From an uncultured Pseudomonadales bacterium (lineage in GTDB: Bacteria > Patescibacteriota > Microgenomatia > UBA1400 > PJMF01): 64,000 nucleotides of DNA. The notes under the pieces were generated by a model, which saw only the letters and a list, made by a program, of their open reading frames with translations, did no database searches and had not been told where the DNA came from. Shown in pieces: positions 39,818 through 48,974 of this stretch. Within the stretch, counting starts at the first letter, position 1. Every line of letters begins with the position of its first letter. The stretch is from positions 62 to 64,061 of the forward strand of contig CAZBEW010000002.1 of the NCBI GenBank assembly GCA_964491115.1, in the 5' to 3' direction. A program made the translations under genes and the position numbers.

Positions 39818-40042
39818 TTAAATTATTTCACCGTGGTCAGTGTTTTGTTCAGCGATCTTTTCAGCTTCTTTTTTGCTGAGTTCTGGAAACCGCTTTATGA
39901 GCAAATCAACTATCATTGGAAGAGGATTATGTCTAAGTTGATGTGCAAAATCATTAGCCGCTTGAATTATTTGTGCTTCTGGTGTTAGTACACGGTCAGT
40001 TAGTAACTCTAGTCTCATTCCTGGTGCTTCTGGTTTCTTCAT
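39818..40042 (-). CDS. Small hypothetical protein
   Basis: 74-aa ORF; TATACT 8 nt before ATG. Confidence 0.6.
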   Translation of the reverse strand: MKKPEAPGMRLELLTDRVLTPEAQIIQAANDFAHQLRHNPLPMIVDLLIKRFPELSKKEAEKIAEQNTDHGEII

Positions 40043-40109
40043 AGACTTTCAGTATATAACAAACAGCCTTTTTTGACAAGGCCTATATTATTTTTAATAA
40101 ACAATATAT

Positions 40110-40718
40110 TTAATAAAAACTGTCACCGTGACCTGGTAAAGCGAGAGAATAAGCCCCAGCTTGTTTGAGCTCTTTTAATTTAGCTAAACTGCTTAGCAAA
40201 TCCTGATAATTACTATATGAAAAATCAGTGCGACCAACACCATTGGCAAAAAGAGTATCGCCGGTAAACAAGTAAGTTTCATCATTATCTTGTTTTTCGC
40301 TTAATAGAGCGATGCCTCCCGGTGTATGGCCAGGCATATGCATCACTTTGAGAGTTTCTTGACCAAAATTGATGATTTGCCCATCACTCAGGGTTTGATT
40401 AGCTTCAGGCACTGGATCAACCTCTTTATTTAGCCAATGGCGAGCATTATTTTGAGCTTGAGCAATTAAAAAATTATCAGCAGGATGAAGCATAATGGGT
40501 AATTTTGGCCAGGCAGTAGCTAAACTTAACAAGCCCAAACAATGATCAAAATGTCCATGAGTTAAAATTACTCTAGTTAAAATTAAATTTTGCCGACTCA
40601 GCTCTTCATTTAAAAAATCACCATCATCAGCTGGATCAATAATTAATGCTTCTTCACCGTTGTCTAGTAAGTAGCAATTTGTTTGTAAATCTCCCAGTGT
40701 AAAAGTTTGTAAATTCAT
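40110..40718 (-). CDS. MBL-fold hydrolase (GloC/glyoxalase II-like)
   Basis: THGHFDH; PGHTPG; TGDTLF; PGHG. Confidence 0.93.
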   Translation of the reverse strand: MNLQTFTLGDLQTNCYLLDNGEEALIIDPADDGDFLNEELSRQNLILTRVILTHGHFDHCLGLLSLATAWPKLPIMLHPADNFLIAQAQNNARHWLNKEVDPVPEANQTLSDGQIINFGQETLKVMHMPGHTPGGIALLSEKQDNDETYLFTGDTLFANGVGRTDFSYSNYQDLLSSLAKLKELKQAGAYSLALPGHGDSFY

Positions 40719-40780
40719 TACTTTAGTCTAGCTTATTTATTAAAAATTTGTTAGCATTGTCGCAGGATTGAAAGAAGATC

Positions 40781-41215
40781 ATGAAGGTTAAGATTAAGCG
40801 TTTTGATAAAAATCTAGCTTTACCAGTATACAAAACAGCTGGGGCAGCTGCCCTCGATTTAGCTAGTCGGGTAGAAGTAAAAATTGAGCCAAATCAAGTT
40901 GCTTATTTACCCTTAAATATTGCCCTAAAAGTTCCCAAAGACAGCTTTGTTTTAGTCGCAGCCCGCAGTTCTTTACATAAAATGGGTTTAATGCTGATTA
41001 ATGGCATTGGCATCGGTGACAGTGATTATTGTGGGAGTGACGATGAATATCAGGCTGCAGTTTATAACTTTAGCAAAAAAACCGTGCTAGTTAAAAAAGC
41101 AGAGCGAGTGGTGCAAATGCTAGTGCTCAGACGAGAAAAAGTAGAGTGGGAAGAGGTGGCAGAGTTCTCCAAAAAAAATAATCGTGGTGGTTTTGGCAGT
41201 ACTGGCAAAACATAA
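40781..41215 (+). CDS. dut: dUTP diphosphatase (trimeric)
   Basis: AALDL; RSS; GIGDSDY; Q; RGGFGSTG. Confidence 0.93.
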   Translation: MKVKIKRFDKNLALPVYKTAGAAALDLASRVEVKIEPNQVAYLPLNIALKVPKDSFVLVAARSSLHKMGLMLINGIGIGDSDYCGSDDEYQAAVYNFSKKTVLVKKAERVVQMLVLRREKVEWEEVAEFSKKNNRGGFGSTGKT

Positions 41216-41265
41216 GCCAACTGATTGTTGCATTCTAACTTAGATATAATTATTATTGAAAAAAT

Positions 41266-41991
41266 ATGAAAACAAAAACTGGTTTATTAATTACTCTTGA
41301 AGGAGGAGAAGGTGGTGGTAAAACCACCCAAATTGTGCGTTTAAAAAAACATTTAACAGAAGCAGGTAAAGATGTGGTGGTCTTGCGTGAACCAGGCGGA
41401 ACAACCATCAGTGAGCAAATACGAGAAGTAGTTCTATCAAGTAAAAATACTAGTATTGCTTTTACTACTGAAGTTTTATTGTTTCAGGCAGCTCGCTCGC
41501 AAATTTATCGAGAAATAGTTTTGCCCTCACTGAAGGCTGGAAAAGTAGTGGTGATGGATCGCTCGCGTGATAGTAGCGTTGTTTATCAGGGCATGGTGCG
41601 CGGTTTTGGTACAGAATTAATTGAGCAACTCAATGATATTTCAACAAAAAAAACTTATCCAGATATTACTTTTTTACTTGATATACCAGTTAATATTGGT
41701 CTTGGAAGAAGAAATGGCGCCGGCGATGTTAATCGTCTAGACATGGAAGCCAAAGATTTTCATCAAAAAGTTCGTCAGTCTTATTTAGATTTAGCCAAGC
41801 AAGATCAAGAACAACATGGCAAAAAGGCTCGTTGGGTGGTGATTGATGCTCGACCCAGTGCAGATCAAGTAGAGAAAAAAATTTGGCAGATAGTTAAAGA
41901 ATTTTTAGCAAAAAATCAGTTAAGTTCTTGGGAAGATAAAATTGCTGATCTAGATTTAGAAGACGTGAGCAAGCCAAAAAACAAGGATTGA
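41266..41991 (+). CDS. tmk: Thymidylate kinase
   Basis: EGGEGGGKTTQ; REPGG; DR..DSS..YQG. Confidence 0.95.
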   Translation: MKTKTGLLITLEGGEGGGKTTQIVRLKKHLTEAGKDVVVLREPGGTTISEQIREVVLSSKNTSIAFTTEVLLFQAARSQIYREIVLPSLKAGKVVVMDRSRDSSVVYQGMVRGFGTELIEQLNDISTKKTYPDITFLLDIPVNIGLGRRNGAGDVNRLDMEAKDFHQKVRQSYLDLAKQDQEQHGKKARWVVIDARPSADQVEKKIWQIVKEFLAKNQLSSWEDKIADLDLEDVSKPKNKD

Positions 41992-42009
41992 TCAAGATAT
42001 CATAATTTT

Positions 42010-42651
42010 ATGCAAAAATTACCAAAAGCTGTTCGTCAATTAATTGACAAATTTGAGGCCCTACCAGGCATTGGCCCTAAGTCTGCCCAACGCTTAGTGT
42101 TTTATTTACTCCATGCGCCTGAAAATCATTTAGCAGATTTTGCAGAAAAATTGCTGGCCCTAAAAAGAGATACGGTTATGTGTCATCTCTGTCACAATGT
42201 TGCCGAAGAAGATCCTTGCGCAATCTGTCAAGATAAAACTCGTGATCAAGAATTAATGTGTGTTGTGGAACAGCCGCTGGATTTATTGGCAATTGAGCGT
42301 TCTGGTAGATATCAGGGTAATTATCATGTGTTACATGGGGCAATTACTCCCTTAAATAATATTGGTCCTGATCAACTTTATTTGCGCGATATTATTAAGA
42401 GATTAAAAGATTCTTCAGGAAAGTTACAGGTCAAAGAATTAATTTTAGCTACTAATCCAACAATGGAGGGTGAGGCAACTGCTCTTTATATTGCTGAATT
42501 ATTGCAAAACGATCAGTTCTTTGCTGACAAAATCGAAAAAGGCGAGTTAATTATTAGTAGAATTGGCCATGGATTACCAATTGGCGCCGATATTGAATAT
42601 GCCGACGGAGTGACTTTAGCCAGAGCGCTTGAAGGCAGAAGAGGCTTGTAA
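42010..42651 (+). CDS. recR: Recombination protein RecR
   Basis: LPGIGPKSAQR; C4 zinc finger; YHVLHG; ATNPTMEGEAT. Confidence 0.96.
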   Translation: MQKLPKAVRQLIDKFEALPGIGPKSAQRLVFYLLHAPENHLADFAEKLLALKRDTVMCHLCHNVAEEDPCAICQDKTRDQELMCVVEQPLDLLAIERSGRYQGNYHVLHGAITPLNNIGPDQLYLRDIIKRLKDSSGKLQVKELILATNPTMEGEATALYIAELLQNDQFFADKIEKGELIISRIGHGLPIGADIEYADGVTLARALEGRRGL

Positions 42652-42684
42652 TTAATCAAGGCAATATTTGTTGATTTGATTAAT

Positions 42685-43470
42685 TTAAGGTTGAAGTGGT
42701 TTGAGCCAATTGGTAGCAGCGAAGCCAATAATGTCACCATCTTCTGTTGCTACAGATACCCAATTATAGCCATCTCTAGAGCCAGCTGATTCATTAATAA
42801 TAAAAATTGTGCCATCTGGATAAATCCTGGCTTCGCTAGAATTGGTTGTTGGGGAGTTTCTCACATTGACCCCATAACCACCAGCATCAACCATAACTTT
42901 TGTTCCAGCAGCATACTCTTGTTTTGCTTCAGCTACTTCATACCTTGAATCAGTATGAACTAATTCAGGAGCTTGAACCGGACTTTCAAGATCTTGTTTT
43001 TCTTTTTCCTGTAAATAAGTGCTGTATGCTTCGTGAACAATTGGGTCGTCTGAACGTTTGACTGGATCTAGTTGCTCCTCAGCCCTTCGTTGCCAGGACT
43101 CGCTACAAGCGGTTGCTCCACCTAGAAAGCCAATCGCAACTATTAGGTTAATCGTAAATTTTCTGTTGATAGGTTTTTTATACTGTTCAATTTTTGTTCG
43201 TACAGCATCTAGGATGGTAAGAGCGGCATCTTTAATTTTTTGAGGCAAATTGCTTTGCTCAATCATTTTTATTGGATCATTGGGCTCTGCTGATTCAACT
43301 GGCTGATCTGGTTCTGCTGATTCAACTGGCCGATTAGGTTCTGTTAGTTCAACTGCTTGATTAGACTCTGTTGATTCAACTGGCTGATTTGGTTCTGCTC
43401 TTTGTTCTGGAGTTGTTTCTTGAATTAATTCTTGAGTTATTTTTGGAGTTACCTCTGGAGTTTCTGTCAT
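42685..43470 (-). CDS. Membrane-anchored SH3b-domain protein with N-terminal repeats
   Basis: GVNVRNSP...DGYNW...GFAATNWL; TM LIVAIGFLGGATAC. Confidence 0.8.
   Translation of the reverse strand: MTETPEVTPKITQELIQETTPEQRAEPNQPVESTESNQAVELTEPNRPVESAEPDQPVESAEPNDPIKMIEQSNLPQKIKDAALTILDAVRTKIEQYKKPINRKFTINLIVAIGFLGGATACSESWQRRAEEQLDPVKRSDDPIVHEAYSTYLQEKEKQDLESPVQAPELVHTDSRYEVAEAKQEYAAGTKVMVDAGGYGVNVRNSPTTNSSEARIYPDGTIFIINESAGSRDGYNWVSVATEDGDIIGFAATNWLKPLQP
43276..43398 (-). repeat. 27-bp (9-aa) coding tandem repeat, about 4.5 copies
   Basis: AEPNQPVES/TESNQAVEL/TEPNRPVES/AEPDQPVES/AEPND. Confidence 0.9.
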
Positions 43471-43489
43471 AAGTTAATTATAACAAAAC

Positions 43490-43590
43490 TTGTTTATTAA
43501 TACCATTTTTGCTATATTGAAGTTAGATGGTCCAACATCTTTCTAAGTTAAACCGAGCACCTTGTTTTAGGCAAAGTTGCCGGTTTTTTT
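43490..43590 (+). promoter_or_regulatory. Promoter plus structured leader ending in a terminator-like hairpin upstream of hpf
   Basis: TTGTTT-N17-TATATT; hairpin AGATG-GTCCAA-CATCT; AAACCG...CGGTTT stem plus T7. Confidence 0.55.
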
Positions 43591-43651
43591 GTCATATGAT
43601 GGTTAAAAAAAGTATTAATTAGTAGGCCTGAGCGCAAAAAAGGAGAAAGCC

Positions 43652-43957
43652 ATGAAAGTGATTGTCCAAGCTAAAAGTCTAACAGTAACTAGAGCTTTAC
43701 GTGAGTTTATTGAACGCCAAAGTTTAAAATTGAACAAATTGGGGCAGAAAATTAGCGCAGTCCGAGTTTATTTAGAACAAAGCACTAAAAAAAGCAGTAA
43801 AAATAAGAATGTCTTGGTTAAATATCGCATCGAAATTCCCGGTGAAGACATCTGGGTGGAAGTAGCTGGTTACGACTTTTACGATGCTATCGTTGATGCA
43901 GTTGAAACTGCTAGCAGAAAATTAAGACAAAATAAAGAAAAACACTTAGATTATTGA
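43652..43957 (+). CDS. hpf: Ribosome hibernation factor (HPF/RaiA)
   Basis: VTRALREFIE..KL.K...DFYDAIVDAVETASRKLR; SD AAGGAG. Confidence 0.88.
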   Translation: MKVIVQAKSLTVTRALREFIERQSLKLNKLGQKISAVRVYLEQSTKKSSKNKNVLVKYRIEIPGEDIWVEVAGYDFYDAIVDAVETASRKLRQNKEKHLDY

Positions 43958-44041
43958 TACTAGTACTAGCAGCCTTAGCAAATAAGGTGCATCCGCTATA
44001 AGCAGTAGTTATAGTGTTGCTTTTTGTGTTATTCTAGTTTT

Positions 44042-44401
44042 ATGACAGATAATCAAAATCCTTTGCAAGCCTTAACAAATATGAAAAGTCCAGAGGGACA
44101 ACCGCCTGCTACTGCTGAACCGAGTGCAGAAGAGCTAGCTGCTCAGCAACAAGAAGCAGAAGCCCTGGCTGCTGAAAAACTAGCGGCACAAGCCAGAATT
44201 CAAGAACTAGAGGAGCAAAAAAGTGCTCAAGATCAAGCTGAAATTGCTCAATTGAGAGAGGAACTTCCAGGAGTGCTTAAAGATGATGTATCAGCAGAAG
44301 GAGAGGCAGAAGCTGATGCTAGCAGTGGTGCTGGCTCAACTACAGACAAGCAAGCGGAAAATAAATTACCTCAAGTAGAACAATTAAAAAGATTGGATTA
44401 A
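44042..44401 (+). CDS. Low-complexity acidic hypothetical protein
   Basis: A/E/Q-rich ORF. Confidence 0.7.
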   Translation: MTDNQNPLQALTNMKSPEGQPPATAEPSAEELAAQQQEAEALAAEKLAAQARIQELEEQKSAQDQAEIAQLREELPGVLKDDVSAEGEAEADASSGAGSTTDKQAENKLPQVEQLKRLD

Positions 44402-44404
44402 TCT

Positions 44405-45064
44405 ATGGAAGGCGGATCAAGCTTAGGCGCTGGTGCTAAAAGCCAGTTAACTAGTAGTGGTGGTTTTCGTCAAACTTTTGGTGGTAGTATTACTGAAGAA
44501 CATTTAGACGAAGCCGCCGCCGCCGCTGGTGGGCAAAACAAACAGCTGGCTCAGCAAGGAAGCGTGTTGGGCCAACAAGGCGCGCTGCAAGCGGCGGCGG
44601 CCAGTCAAGGAGCTGGTGAAACCGCTTTAGCCCAAACTCCCGAGAAAACTGCTGCTCAAGCCAGGTCGGTAGGAAATTTAAATCAAGAATTGCTTAAGCG
44701 TCCCGCGAAAGACATCAAAGACTCGTTGCAGGCAATGTTGAGTATTAATCGGTTATTAAATATTCAAGCCAAAACCCCAGAAGAGCAAGCTAAACAAAAA
44801 ACAATAGCAAGTCGTTGGCAACAACTTACTGCCGACGAACAAGCCGAAGCTCAAGCTGTTTATCAACGAGAATTAGCTAAAAAACGGCAAGAAGAGCAAG
44901 AAAAAGAACAGTTAGCTCAAGAACTTGAAGCTCAACAAGCCCAAGAATTACCCATACCAAAAGGTCGAGAAACTGGTTTTAAAGGTTTCGGTGGTATGTC
45001 TGGTTCTCAAAAATCTCAAACTATTTTACAGCGTCAGCGCACTACTTTGACTGGAGCAGAGTAG
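44405..45064 (+). CDS. Q/A/G-rich hypothetical protein
   Basis: 219-aa ORF 3 nt after the previous gene. Confidence 0.75.
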   Translation: MEGGSSLGAGAKSQLTSSGGFRQTFGGSITEEHLDEAAAAAGGQNKQLAQQGSVLGQQGALQAAAASQGAGETALAQTPEKTAAQARSVGNLNQELLKRPAKDIKDSLQAMLSINRLLNIQAKTPEEQAKQKTIASRWQQLTADEQAEAQAVYQRELAKKRQEEQEKEQLAQELEAQQAQELPIPKGRETGFKGFGGMSGSQKSQTILQRQRTTLTGAE

Positions 45065-45090
45065 TTTTTTAATGTTAAAATAAATTATTC

Positions 45091-46623
45091 ATGAAACTTT
45101 ACAACACTGCTTCGCGATCGATAGAAGAATTGCAAACTATAGAAGAAAACCTGGTTAAACTTTACGCTTGTGGGCCAACTGTTTATGATTACACTCATCT
45201 AGGTCATTTACGTAAATATGTTTTAGATGATCTTTTAATTCGCACTCTCCGTCATGCTGGTTATGAAGTTAAACATGTGCAAAATATCACTGATGTGGGA
45301 CATTTGGTTAGTGACGACGATGTGGGAGAAGATAAATTAGAAAAGGGAGCTAAAAAGTTTGGCACTAGTGCCGAAGCAGTGGCACGACGCTTTGAAGATT
45401 ACTTTTTTTATAGCATGGATTTATTGGGTGTTTTACGTCCCAGCCTTAGTTGTCGAGCTACTGATCACATTCAAGCTCAATTAGAAATGGTTTTAGCTTT
45501 AGAAAAAAAAGGCTTAACTTATGTGATAGACAACGAGGGCGTCTATTTTGATACAAGCAAAATAGACGATTACGGTAAATTAATCAATAAAGACCCAGTT
45601 TTGGCTAAGCAAATTTTAACTGCCCAGCGTGAGGGGCAAAGAGTGGAGAAAGTGCCGGGTAGAAAACACCCCACCGATTTTGCCCTATGGAAATTTGAAA
45701 AAGCTGGAGAGAATCGGCAAATGGTCTGGCCAAGTCCATGGCACGAGCGCAGTTTTCCTGGCTGGCATATTGAATGTAGTGCCATGGCTTTAGAACATTT
45801 GGGAGAACAAATTGATATTCACACTGGTGGCAAAGAACACATTAATATTCATCATACTAATGAAATAGCTCAGTCTGAAGCAGCGACTGGTAAGAAACCT
45901 TTTTCTCGTTATTGGGTGCATCATAATCACTTGTTTGTTGATGGTCAAAAAATGAGCAAGTCTCTCAATAATTTCTACACAATTGATGATGTTATTGAGA
46001 AAGGTTTTTCGCCTAAGGCTTTACGCTTGTTATTTTTAATGAGTCATTATCGTAGCGAACAAAATTTTACTTGGGATAGTTTAAGTGCTGCACAAAAGGC
46101 TTATTTAAAATTAGCGCGTTTTGTTTTAAATTTGCGGGCTAGTGAACGCAATAAGGAATTAGAATTAAGTGATTTTCCAGCGGCTCTACAATTACATCGA
46201 GATTTTTTTGCCGCCTTAGAAAATGATTTGAAAAGCAATGAGGCCTTAACCGTAGTTTGGGAGCTGTTAAATAGTGCTTTTGATACCGATATCTTATATC
46301 GATTAATTATGGAATTTGATCAAGTCTTGGGTTTGGGTCTAGCTGCTTTAAACGAGGAGAATTTTTTAGAGACAGTTAATAATTCCTTGGCAAAAGGCAT
46401 TATTGATCAAGATTTTGCTCATAGTTTGGGCCTAAAACGAGATGTTCTCGCTTTGGCAGATTTACCCAATTCTATTCAAGAATTAATTAAACAAAGACAA
46501 ATTGCTAGGCGAGCTCAAAATTTTGCTCAGGCAGATGAATTGCGTGAGCAATTAAAAAATCAGGGTTACGAAATCTTAGACGCTGAAAACGAAGAATTAT
46601 TGATCAGAAAAATTAAGCATTAA
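45091..46623 (+). CDS. cysS: Cysteine--tRNA ligase
   Basis: CGPTVY..HLGH; DFALWK; PGWHIECSAM; KMSKS. Confidence 0.97.
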   Translation: MKLYNTASRSIEELQTIEENLVKLYACGPTVYDYTHLGHLRKYVLDDLLIRTLRHAGYEVKHVQNITDVGHLVSDDDVGEDKLEKGAKKFGTSAEAVARRFEDYFFYSMDLLGVLRPSLSCRATDHIQAQLEMVLALEKKGLTYVIDNEGVYFDTSKIDDYGKLINKDPVLAKQILTAQREGQRVEKVPGRKHPTDFALWKFEKAGENRQMVWPSPWHERSFPGWHIECSAMALEHLGEQIDIHTGGKEHINIHHTNEIAQSEAATGKKPFSRYWVHHNHLFVDGQKMSKSLNNFYTIDDVIEKGFSPKALRLLFLMSHYRSEQNFTWDSLSAAQKAYLKLARFVLNLRASERNKELELSDFPAALQLHRDFFAALENDLKSNEALTVVWELLNSAFDTDILYRLIMEFDQVLGLGLAALNEENFLETVNNSLAKGIIDQDFAHSLGLKRDVLALADLPNSIQELIKQRQIARRAQNFAQADELREQLKNQGYEILDAENEELLIRKIKH

Positions 46624-47366
46624 AAATTGCAATCAAGATCTTTTAATTCGCCACACCTTTCTCTAATAGATAAATAGCCTTTTTTTGAAACGATTAAGTG
46701 GTCAATTAAATTGATGCCCATGGCTTCGGCTAAGTTGGCTAATTTTTTGCTCACTTGGAGATCGTTTAGTGAAGGTTCTAAATTACCAGATGGATGATTG
46801 TGCACTAAAATTAAATTGCTGGCTTGCAATTGGAAGGCTGTTTCAAAAATTTCTCGACCCTCTAAATAGTTAAAATTTAATCCACCAATCGTGATAATTT
46901 TTTTGAGTAGTACTTCTTGTTGTCCATTGAGAAAAAAAGCCAAACAATATTCTTGTTTTTTATTAATTAAGGAAGTGCAATGGTGATAAACCTGCTTGGG
47001 TGAGTGGAGTGGATTAGTGATTGACTCTTGAATGCTGCGGCGACCTAGTTCTATGGCAGCAATGATTTTACAAGCTTGGGCGAAACCCAAGCCTAAAATG
47101 TTCTGCAAATCTCTGAGTAGTTGTTGCTCTTTTTGAAAATTTTTTAATAAAAAAATTTCATGCCATTGAGAGAGAGGAATCTTTTTTAAAATTTGCTTAG
47201 CTAAACTTAAAACTGGTAGATTTTTATGACCATGATTAAGAATAATGGCAAGTAATTCACTATTATCTAGACTATCTGTTCCAGAGTAATACAATTTTTC
47301 TCTGGGGCGGTAAATGGCTAGCTGATTATTTTTCTGCTTATTATTAGATTGTCGATTATTATCCAC
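46620..47366 (-). CDS. radC: RadC (JAB domain) protein
   Basis: PREKL; ELLAIIL; AAIELGRR; HNHPSG..EPS..D. Confidence 0.93.
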   Translation of the reverse strand: MDNNRQSNNKQKNNQLAIYRPREKLYYSGTDSLDNSELLAIILNHGHKNLPVLSLAKQILKKIPLSQWHEIFLLKNFQKEQQLLRDLQNILGLGFAQACKIIAAIELGRRSIQESITNPLHSPKQVYHHCTSLINKKQEYCLAFFLNGQQEVLLKKIITIGGLNFNYLEGREIFETAFQLQASNLILVHNHPSGNLEPSLNDLQVSKKLANLAEAMGINLIDHLIVSKKGYLSIRERCGELKDLDCNF

Positions 47367-47474
47367 TAATTCAGTTTAAGTTGGGTAATTGACAAAAGAG
47401 TGACAAAACCAGGTTTGAGTGTGGGAGCGAGTCTTTGTTTTCTTGAGTGAGGATTTATCTTCTTGAGTGAGTCT

Positions 47475-48608
47475 TTATCTCCTCAATGCTTCAATTAATA
47501 ATTGAAAAGTACGTAAATTATGTAGAGTGGCCAATCGCCAGGCACTACTATCTTTAACCTGAAAAAGATGGCGTAAATAAGCCCTATTTATCTGTGTATT
47601 TATGCAGATTGGACAATCACAGTGTTCATTAATTGCTGATAAATCATGCTGATAACGACCTTGCCCTATATATAAATAGTCAAAAACTTTTTCTAATTGA
47701 TTTTTTTCAGCCAAGTCTTTTAAATCTTTAGCCCTTAATTCTTGCGGATTAGTTTTAAAAATATATAGACGTTCGTGTCGTGCGTCACGGGTGGGGAGGA
47801 CGCAATCAAAAAACTGATAACCCATAAAAAAGAGCCGAACAATGTTTTCCAAACTGCCCACGCCCAGAGCAAAACGAGGCTGGTTGTTGGGAGTTAATTT
47901 AGCATTAAATTGGCAGAGTTGATAATCAAATTGACCTTGTTTATCTAGAGGCCAACCACCTAAGCCATAAATGTCGAAGCCAATCTCCAGCAGGGCATCG
48001 GCACAATAGCGGCGCCATTTTTGATGATTAAGACCTTGAATTGGGGCAAGCAGTAGGGGGCGAGGCCGAACTTCTTTTTGGCGCGCCTGGAGTTCTTGCT
48101 CAAATTGATCTTTGGCGCGTTTCGCCCAGGCAATAGTTCTTTTAACACTTTTCTCCAGGCGCGCTTCATCAGCATCTGGAGGACTAAAATCATCCAAAAC
48201 AATTTTAATATCACTGCCAATGGCAAACTGCAAACGGATTGATTCTTCTGGAGTGAATAAATTTTTCTTTTGTTTCTTAGGTCCAGTATATAAAACAACC
48301 CCCTCATCAGTAATTTTGCCTAAGTGTGGATTTTTGTGAATGAGAGAGTAGAGTTGAAAGCCGCCAGAATCGGAGGCAAGAAATCCCGACCAATTCATTA
48401 ATTTTTTCAAACCGCCGACTTTTTTTAAAGCTAATTCTCCTGGCTGATTCATCAGGTGAAAGGTATTAACCATTAGCCACTCTAAGCCAACACTTTGCAA
48501 GTCCTCAGGACTTAAACTGCGCACCACGCCCAAGGTAGCATCGGGCATAAACACCGGCAGATCTCTTAGTAAGAGTTGTGAACTATTATCAACAACAAAT
48601 TTGTTCAT
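47475..48608 (-). CDS. tgt: tRNA-guanine transglycosylase
   Basis: PVFMP; NTFHL; DSGGFQ; FDCVLPTR; CDCPIC; HN. Confidence 0.93.
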   Translation of the reverse strand: MNKFVVDNSSQLLLRDLPVFMPDATLGVVRSLSPEDLQSVGLEWLMVNTFHLMNQPGELALKKVGGLKKLMNWSGFLASDSGGFQLYSLIHKNPHLGKITDEGVVLYTGPKKQKKNLFTPEESIRLQFAIGSDIKIVLDDFSPPDADEARLEKSVKRTIAWAKRAKDQFEQELQARQKEVRPRPLLLAPIQGLNHQKWRRYCADALLEIGFDIYGLGGWPLDKQGQFDYQLCQFNAKLTPNNQPRFALGVGSLENIVRLFFMGYQFFDCVLPTRDARHERLYIFKTNPQELRAKDLKDLAEKNQLEKVFDYLYIGQGRYQHDLSAINEHCDCPICINTQINRAYLRHLFQVKDSSAWRLATLHNLRTFQLLIEALRR

Positions 48609-48674
48609 CAGGCATATTTTACTTGATCAAGTATAATAAAGCTAAAGAAATTATTTGTCAGGCGAAAGGTAAAA

Positions 48675-48881
48675 ATGCCAAGCAAGAAAAAACCCATCAA
48701 ACGTTTAACTCGCTCTAAAACAGACAATATCGTTGCTGGAGTAGCGGGCGGTTTAGCTAATTATTTTGAGATAGATCCAGTGTTAGTGCGTCTCATCTTA
48801 GCTTTAACTTTTATTCCTGGAGGGATTCCTGGTTTATTAATTTATATTATTGCCTGGATAATAATGCCGCTAGAAGATTGA
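48675..48881 (+). CDS. pspC: PspC domain protein
   Basis: RS...AGVAGGLANYFEIDPVLVRL...YIIAWIIMP. Confidence 0.92.
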   Translation: MPSKKKPIKRLTRSKTDNIVAGVAGGLANYFEIDPVLVRLILALTFIPGGIPGLLIYIIAWIIMPLED

Positions 48882-48974
48882 TACTTAGAATTAATGCTTA
48901 GAAAATAATAAGCAAAAACTAAACTTTCTAGACTGTAACAATTCTTAATAATTTTCAATGCTACAATAACTGCC

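Noticed and set aside
43519-43590. preQ1-I or fluoride riboswitch
   Set aside because: Loop and tail consensus do not match, and the downstream gene is unrelated
46620-47366. radC as a mobile-element marker
   Set aside because: Full-length chromosomal type among housekeeping genes, with no mobility genes nearby
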